DNA of 64,000 bases from Oscillospiraceae bacterium. GTDB taxonomy: Bacteria > Bacillota > Clostridia > Oscillospirales > CAG-272. The stretch covers positions 400 to 64,399 of the forward strand of contig SVTR01000015.1 in NCBI GenBank assembly GCA_015063685.1, read 5' to 3'. Positions 25,001 to 34,000 of the stretch are shown here, one piece after another; the stretch's first letter is position 1, and every line of letters begins with the position of its first letter. A program made the translations under genes and the position numbers. The notes beneath the pieces are model-generated. The model was not told where the DNA came from and did no database searches. It saw only the letters and a program-made list of their open reading frames with translations.

Positions 25001-28000
25001 CAGAGCTGGTTATCCCTCCGTCGGTGACATCCATCGGTGACCGTGCCTTCAAGGGATGCTCCGCTGTGGAACGGGTGGTGATCCCAGCCTCTGTCACAGA
25101 GCTGGGGGCATATGCCTTCTACGGCTGCTATTCCTTGCAGGAAGTGATCATCGAGACCCTGTTACCTGAGCTGGAAGCGAGTGTTTTTGAAGGCTGCCCA
25201 AGTCTTGTCAACGTGCAGATCCGGGACGGTCTGCAACGGGTGAACGGCTATGCCTTCGCGGGCTGCTACGGTATCACTTCTCTGGATTTCCTGCCCGAGA
25301 GCGTTTCCTATATCGGTAACTCCGCCTTCGCGAGCGCAGGTCTTGAGGGTGAGCTTGTCCTGCCCGCAGGTCTTCTGGAGCTGGACGGCTACGCCTTTAC
25401 CAACACTAATATTGCCGCTATCCGCTTCAACGACCGATTGACGTCCATCGGAGGATACGCCTTCTCCAACACCCCGCTGACATCCGTTGAGATCCCCGAC
25501 AGCGTGACCTTCATCGGCAGCGGTGCGTTCTGTGATTCGTCGTTGGAGACCGTCACCTTCGGTGAAAACGTCAGCTATATCGGCGCGGACGCCTTCCGCG
25601 GTACCTACCTGACCGAGTATACCGTCCCCAAAAAGGTGACCAAGCTCATGGGCGGCACCATCGCCGAAACCTACATTACCCAAGTCAACCTGGATCCCGC
25701 GGGAGAGGGCATCCTGTCCTACGTTGGCCCCTATGCCTTCCAATACTCCAATATCGAGTCCATTGTGTTCCCCGAGTCCGTGACCTATCTCGGCAAGGGT
25801 GTTTGTCAAGATTGTTACTATCTGGAAAGCGTGGTACTGCCCGGCAGTATCACCCGCATCCGTGAGGCCGCCTTTGAGTGTTGCGAATCCCTGACCGACG
25901 TGCAGATCACCGCCGAGCTGGAACGGATCGATGGCTGGGCGTTCTGCGGATGTACGTCGCTGAACGGCATCGTTCTGCCTGACACCCTTGAGATCATCGG
26001 AGAGAGTGCATTCTGTGACTGTATTTCTCTGGAGATTGCAGATCTTCCCGATTCGCTGATCAGCGTAGAGAAGTTCTCCTTCCGCGGCACGAAGTTGGCG
26101 AAGATCGAGCTGGGTGAAAACGTAACCTATGTGGGCAATTGTGCATTCCAGGATTGCGCAGAGGTGACGTCCATTACTCTGAACAGCAAGCTGGGCTACA
26201 TTGGCGACTATGCCTTTGACGGCTGTGTTTTGGTTACGGAACTCACGATTCCCGAAAGCGTAAATAACATCGGAGACCACTTTATCCGCGGCACTGCCAT
26301 CGAGGAGATCGTGCTGCCCTCCAGCCTTAGCTTCATTCCTGCCTTCACCGACAATACGGTGATCAAAAAGGTGACCTGCGCCTCCACCGACATTCAGCAT
26401 CTGTGGGGCAGCACCTTTGCAAACTGCACCGCCCTGGAGGAAGTGGACGTTTACAGCGGCGAGTGGATCGGCTCCAACTGCTTCTTGAATTGTCCTTCTC
26501 TCAAGTATTTCCACGTCTCCTATCAGACGGAGGATATCCGCAAGAGTGCCTTTGAGGGCTGTACCTCTATGAGCCTCATCACCTTTGGCGGTAAGGATTC
26601 CATTTTGAAACACATCGGTGAAAAGGCCTTCTCGGGCTGTGAGAGCATTACTGCCTTTGACCTGCCGGAAACGCTGGTGAGTATTGGCAGCCGCGCCTTT
26701 GAAAAGACCGCCATCACCTCCATCATCGTGCCCGCCAAGGTGACGAGCATCGGAACGTCGCCCATTTTCAATGAACTTTCGGGTACGCATACGGGCTATG
26801 GAGACACCTGCTTCTACGATTGTCCCGAGCTTGAGCGGATCGTATTTTTGGAAAGAGAAGGCGCGTTCATGCCTGTCTATTCCCTTGCCGAGTACTGCCC
26901 CAAGCTGGCAGAAGTGTTCCTGCCCAGCTCCGTTGGCTGGATGATCACGGAAAACGGCTTCGATATGGAGATCTTCGGAGATACCACCTTTAGTTTCTCT
27001 CTGAAAAACTATAACCAATCCAAGCTGGATGGCTACGTGCCCACGGCATACTACCGTTACGGCGTGTATGAAAGCGGCGCGGATTACAGCGATACGTCCT
27101 ACTCAAGCATTTATAAGCCCGGTGACACCTTCACCTGCATCCCCTTTACCAGCGACTATGATGCCCAAAAGGCGTATTGGGAATTTTTCAGGGAGCAGAC
27201 CGAGCTTTGCGTAGAAAACGGCTATGGTGCTGTGGAGTTCGTCGAGCTGAACGAATACCTGAAGGCTATGACCGTCCTTTCCTCCTTCGGCGTGAAGGTC
27301 ATGGCAGGGGACGAGGACATCACCGACAAGGTGCAGATCGACTGGTACATCAACTGGCTGGAGGACAACGTACTGACCACAGGCGCAAAGCTGGATGGCT
27401 TCGCCATGGTCTCTGACACCTTCCGCTACCGCTTCACCGTCACCCTGGATGAAGCATACGCCTTTGATTACGAGGGCTACGATTCCGGCGAATTTGAATT
27501 GAAGTCCACCATGGACGGTCAGGTCGTCGTCGTCAATCTGGTGAAGCGGGAGAAGGGAACCGTGGAGATCGAGCTGCCCGAGGGCGTGAAGGATGATCCC
27601 GGCGTCAGCGTTTCTGTTCTGCAAACGCAGAGCGACCTGCTCCGAGAGCTGGAAACCGAGATCGTGGACGGCAAGATCACCCTGCAAGCGGCACCCTCTG
27701 CCAACCTGCTGGTGTACGTCCTGTGCGACGGTTACTATAAATACACCGGCTCCGTGGCTGCCGAGGATATTCAAGCGGCTATAGATGCGAATACGCCTTA
27801 TAAGCTCGCTGTTGAGATGGAAAAGCTGCCTGTTTCGGGCACCTTTAGCGCAAAATTCAGCATTTACGATATTCTTCCCGACGGGGATGAGGAGACCGAG
27901 ATGCTGGAGAGCTTCGACGGCATCTCCGTGGAGATCAGGAACGTCACCAAGGGTACGACTTGTGAGGACTACACCCTCCAGTTCCCCTATGTGATCATCA

Positions 28001-31000
28001 ATAACTATGAGGAATTCTTTGAGCTGACTGATGAGCTGACCGTGACGGTCACGCCCGATCCGTCTCTGGAAATGTACGGCTTTACCGCCGTGCTGAACCC
28101 CGGTGACTCGGAAAATTACGGTGACACCGAGGGCACCCTCAACAGATACGGCGCCATGTATATCCGCCCCGTCCTTCCCGAGGACAGCGAGAGCGGCCGC
28201 GCCATCGTTCAGGTATACAACGCTGCCGGCAACCGCGTTTCCATCGACATCGTGGAAAGCGGAGAGCTGCTCATTCGCCGCTTTGCAGACGGCACCTACA
28301 CGGTGACCGTGTCCGAGCAAAACCGCTATCTCAACGCCGCGGAAAAGCTGTCACAGTTTACCGCCTGCGGATGGACGGCGAATGAGGATTATTACAGAAC
28401 CAACGTGACCCTGAAGGCGCCTTGCTATCAGGTGCTGGACGTGGAAACCCCCTTGGCACCCGATGCCAGCTTCCTCATCAAAGAGGAGCCGAAGGTGACG
28501 AAACGGGAGCTTAGGCTCAGCCCCTATGAATATACCTTCTGGCCGTACTATACCGAGCTGACCTTTGACATGGTGCTGGATACCGACTTCCAGCTTCGCA
28601 ATACCACCCTGCTTCTGAGCATTCCTTCCACTCTGGAGATATTCCATATCATGCAGGTAGAGCAGGCTTTCGGTACACGCATGACCTACACCGACCGTTA
28701 TCTTTCGGATGACGGACTGACCATGTACTATGAATATTCCATCAATGATCTGACCCAAAGGGAAGGCAGACTCAACTTCGTGGTCTACCTCCGTTACAAG
28801 GAGGACGTCGTTTCCTTTGACCAGATCACGGATCAGTACTGCACCGCCACCATCGTTACCGACGCGACCGTGGACGGCGTGGCTTCCCGCTACTACGCCG
28901 CCGCAGGATCTGTCAGTATGCTGGATAAAGAGATGCTGTCGCGTATGGTGAGTGTCAGCCACGCACCCGCCATTTCGGACAAAACCGGCATTAACGCCAT
29001 GGTGACCGCTCCCGCGGGATCCGAGGTGGATCTGTACGCCGACGGCGTGCTGGTGGCGCAAGGCATCACCAACTATACCGGCCTTGCGGTTCTGCGCTAT
29101 GACGCTCCCTTCAAGTGGCTCTGGTGGGAATATGAGGTTTATGCCGTGGTGCGCATCGCCAACACGGGTATTGAGTTTACTACCGATCCCGTCAGCGTGG
29201 AGTGTAACGAGGATCTGGCGATCCCCGTGAAGATCGAGGGCGAGATCGTGATCCGCGACGCCGAGACGGGAGAAGTGGTATTCCCCACCTCCTATGACCC
29301 CGATAACGTCATTTCCGTCAACTTCCAGACCGGTGAGCGAAAGAACATCGTCCTGCGCTCCGCCTTGGACAGCACGGAAGGGAAGCGCTACGACATCTAC
29401 GAGACCTTCCGCGCGACCTTCGACAACAATAACGCAGGCTTCGCCCGTGACGCAGCCATCGTCATTCGTTATACGGATATATACGGCAGCGAGAAGGAAG
29501 AGTATCTGTGGACCGAATACGATGAAGACAGCAGTTGTTACATCACCACCAAGACCATCCGAAACGTGGCGTATGACCCTGCCACCCTGCTGACCGTGAT
29601 GCAGTTGCCCACCCATATGGGTGTGGAGTGGGAGACCGCGGCGGACGCCGCGGGTATCACCCTGATGCCCGGTCAGATGGAAGCGATAGCGGAAAGAATG
29701 AAGGAGCAGGATCGGACGCCCTTCCAGAATATGTTCTGCTTTGAAGACGGCTTGGAAAACACCATTTATGCTCTGATGGATCCTGTGAAGACCGACCCGC
29801 TGTTCCAGTATTATCCTGCAGAGATGCAGGCGGATATCATCAGCGACTACCAGTATGCTCAGGATTTCGAGTTCATGATGAACAACGCCTTTGAGGAGGT
29901 CTTCGGATTCAGCCCGGAGGACATGAGCGAGGAAGATTACCTTGCCCTGATGTCCAACACGAAGACGGGATCCATAGACGAAAGCGTAACCGCGGCATCC
30001 CTGCGGCAGAGAGGCTTTATGGAGATCCCCGTCTACGGCGAGGAAAACGGTGTGTTTATCGCCAACACGGACGCTGGATTTGAGGTGTACGATTTCAGCG
30101 CTGACTATCATATGTCCTACGACACAGATGCGTGGATGGACGTGTTCACCTCCTATGTCCCTGCACAGAATATGCAGACCTTGACCATGCGGACCATGGC
30201 GGCGAACGGAAGCAAAGCGAGCGGTGATTCTCTGAGTAAGTACGTGGATGGGATTCACGATCAGTACGTTGCCGATCTGATCGATTCTACCTATGAGAAT
30301 TATCAAGACAATCAGGCATTCATGGAGAATATCATCTACCATGGTCTGGAAGGTATGGCTAAGTGGGTTGCCGACAAGCTGAGTGAATATTATGAGGACT
30401 CTTTCTTTGATTACATGCTTGGCAAAAAGAATCCTGCGCTCAACGGCCTTGGCAATCTGATCGGAGAAGGCCTGTCCTTCCTGAAGGATCAGGTTCCGGA
30501 GAAATGGATGGATTGGGACTGGGATAAGGATCGCCTGATCAATATGTACTACGATGAGAGTGGCAATCCCAGCGTGGAATTGACGGAGGAAGGCGACGGC
30601 TTCCTGACGCAGAGCGGTCTGGACTATGTGACAAAAGTGCTGGCCAAAGAGTCGCCTGCAGTGGCGGGTGCCTGGATCGACAAAGGCCTGGCAAATGCCG
30701 CGCTGAAGGGCTATAATATCAACAAGTACCAGACCCAACGGATCGTTGCAGGTACATTGCGCGGCAGCATGGATTTCAGCAATGCCTCCAATGTCTATAT
30801 GGATTTTGACGTCTATTCGAATAACTATGATGTGCTGTCATCCGCCAAGGATAACGGATTGATCAAGGTCTCCTACGTCTATGACCCCAATGATCGAAAC
30901 TTGATTGTTGGTGCATCGATTGAGTCCAACATCAGGGGCATGAACCACAACGATGCCTTGGTACTGTCCATGTCCACCAGCGGTTCCTCAGGTACTTCTC

Positions 31001-34000
31001 AAACCAAGATATACCGCGCGATGAAGTTCAGAAGTGACCTCCTGAATGAATGGGATAAGCTTCAGAAAACCAAGGGCGGAAAGATGTATAGCAAAGTGAC
31101 CGGTATCCTTTCCTATATCAGCGGTTTGCTGGATTCGGTGAGTGCTATATCGGACACGGCGAAGGCGCTGGATAAGATGCAACAGGCTTACGGCGAGTAC
31201 GTAAACCAAATGCTGGAGCTGGGTGCAGCGTATGCGGCGATCGACAAGATCTACGAGGCTACCAAGTATGGCGATGAAGAGAATATGGAGTATTTCCAGC
31301 TCTATCCGCTGTATGAATCCAGTATCATGGGACAGTTTAAGCTCGGAAGCATGGGCTACGATATATATGGAAGCAGAGAAGCCTTCAATAAGATTTTTGA
31401 AGGGCAGGCGTTTATATGGATGCCGTGGTACAAGCTCGGTCCTGATCCGGAAAATCCCGGGGCGGCTATTGTTGTGGACATGGGATACCAACGCTCGACC
31501 CTGCGCTCGTATTTGGATGAATTTGCAGCGATCTCAGGACCTGCAGCAGATGCCCTGTATGACGAAATGCTTGCAAACGACAAGATCTATTATCACAGAG
31601 AAAGTCCGCTGTATCTCAAAGCTCTGACAGACGTGAGCAATAGCCTGCGCGGTGCCATGACCGAGCTGAGCACCCTGTGTGATCAATACGATAACGAGCT
31701 GCGCTTGGAATCCGCCCATATGCTGACAAAGCTGCTCAGCCTGGTGCCTGCAAAATTTGCGGACCCCATAAGGCTCTTTGCGGACGCGACAATTGACGCA
31801 GTCGGCTTGTTTGGTTTCAACAATGACAGCTATACCGGTATCTACTCCAAAGGAAACACTAACCGTTACAACGCCGCTGTCAGCAAGCTGAAGGAGAAAA
31901 CCGAAAAGTATGAAGAAGTGAAGCGGGATCTCAGCACCAAGGGTGACAAGGGTGACGGTGTTTGGCAACGCGGCCATTATCGTTATGTTACCGCCGAAAA
32001 AGCCTTGAAGCTATGGGATGAAATGGCGGAGAAAAACTGGCGATACTTCCCTTGGTATCCTTCCGGCAATAAAGACGGCAAGCATTGGGAAGATGATCCT
32101 TCCAGAATCGAAACCGAGGGACTCGAGGATGAATTGGTTTTTGACATAGGAGATACTGCCTTTGATCTGGCGATGGAGTATTTGGGAGAAACTGCATCCC
32201 ACGAAATGGAATGCTCCGATCCCTTGATTGACCCTGCGGGCTTTATCTACGAGGCCGTGCTTTCCAACCGCGTGGAGGGTGCCACCGTCAGCATCTACTA
32301 CAAGGATGAAAACGGCAATGCCGTCCTGTGGGATGCGGAGAGCTTCGGCCAGGTTAGCACCATCGTCACCGAAGAAGGCGGCTACTACTCCTGGCTGACC
32401 CCTCCCGGTAACTGGAAGGTCGTCGCAGAGAAGGAGGGCTACCTGACGGCAGATTCTACCCGGGATACCAACGCGGTGGACGGCTGGCTCCCCGTGCCTC
32501 CTCCCCAGCTGGACGTGAACATCGGCCTCGTGACCACGGTCGCGCCTACCGTTGCTACCGCGAACGGTTATACGGAAGGTGTGCTGGTAGAGTTCAGTCA
32601 GTACATGGATATTGCAGGCTTCGGCGGTGCCGTGACCCTGACGGTTGACGGCGAAAGCGTACCTTGTGTGCTGACCTTCACCGATAGGGAAGTCAGCGCT
32701 ACCGACGCGAGCGTGTACTACGGCCGCAAGCTGATGGTGTCCCGTCAGGACGGCCAGCCGCTGATCGGTACCGCGCAGGTGACGGTTGACGGCTCCGTGA
32801 AGAATTACGCGGGCATCGCCCTTGGCGCGGATTATACCTCCGAGGAGCTGACCGTCAAGCAGTATGTCAGCGAAATCGAATTGACCTACGCCAATCTTGA
32901 GGTGAAGCCGACAGAGAAGGTGACCCTGGAAGGCAGACTCCTGGATGCCTTCGGCAACCCTGTAGGCGGAAGAAGAGTCATTCTTTCCTCCGATGAAAAA
33001 CACGCTGACCTTTTGAATGAGATCGTATTCACCGACCGTAACGGTTATTTCACCTTCGAAGTGGAGGGCAAGGACATCGGATTTACGGTAATTGAGATCT
33101 GCCCTGACGATTCCGATGCCTCTGTGAAGGTCACCGTCGAAACCAAGCGCATCACTTCCCTCAACAAATACGAAACGAATCAGTCCGGTATGCCTACGGT
33201 TACCGTGATCGATCCTGACGGAACTTACGGCTCCGTCCAGATTTCCGAGAGCGGTGTTCTGACACTCCTTGAAGGCAGTCAGCTCATGATGAACGGCATC
33301 GGCTCGGGACAGATCGGTTATTCTACCGTGGACACAGACGAGGATCCCTGGAAGTGCGAGGATTACACGATTTTTGAACTGCCCGTCCGTGCGGAGGAAA
33401 AAACCTACCGAATCGTGCATCTGGAGGATGGCAAGACCTACTCCGAGGCTCTGGAACTGAAGGTCCTGTTTGCCGAGTCCCACGTTCATTCTTTGGTTCT
33501 GATCCCCGCAAGAGAAGCCACTTGCGCCACTTATGGCAACATTGCCCATTATGCTTGCTCGGGCTGCGGCAAGCTGTTTGAGGACGCAGAGGGCACCGTG
33601 GAAATCACGGATCCCAATGCCGTCTGGATCAGCGCGTACGGTCACTCCGACCCCGTCTACACCAATCACGGCGACACCCACAGCGTGGACTATGCCTGCT
33701 GTGACCTGCTGGATTACGCATACAGAGAACACGACTACAACAATGTGGATCACGTTTGCGTTTGCGGCGACGTGGAAACCTTCGTCGTGACATTCTATTA
33801 CGGCTATGACTTCCTGTGGCAGACGGAATATCCCTACGGCAGCATCCTGCATATTGCCGATCTTGCCATTCCCGATTCTCCAGGCGATATGTACGTCTGG
33901 GGCGGCTGGCACGATCGGTACGGCAATCCTCTGGAGGACGGCACGGCTGTGACCTCCGATCTGAACTTCTACGCCTACTGGAATTACAAGACCTTCACGG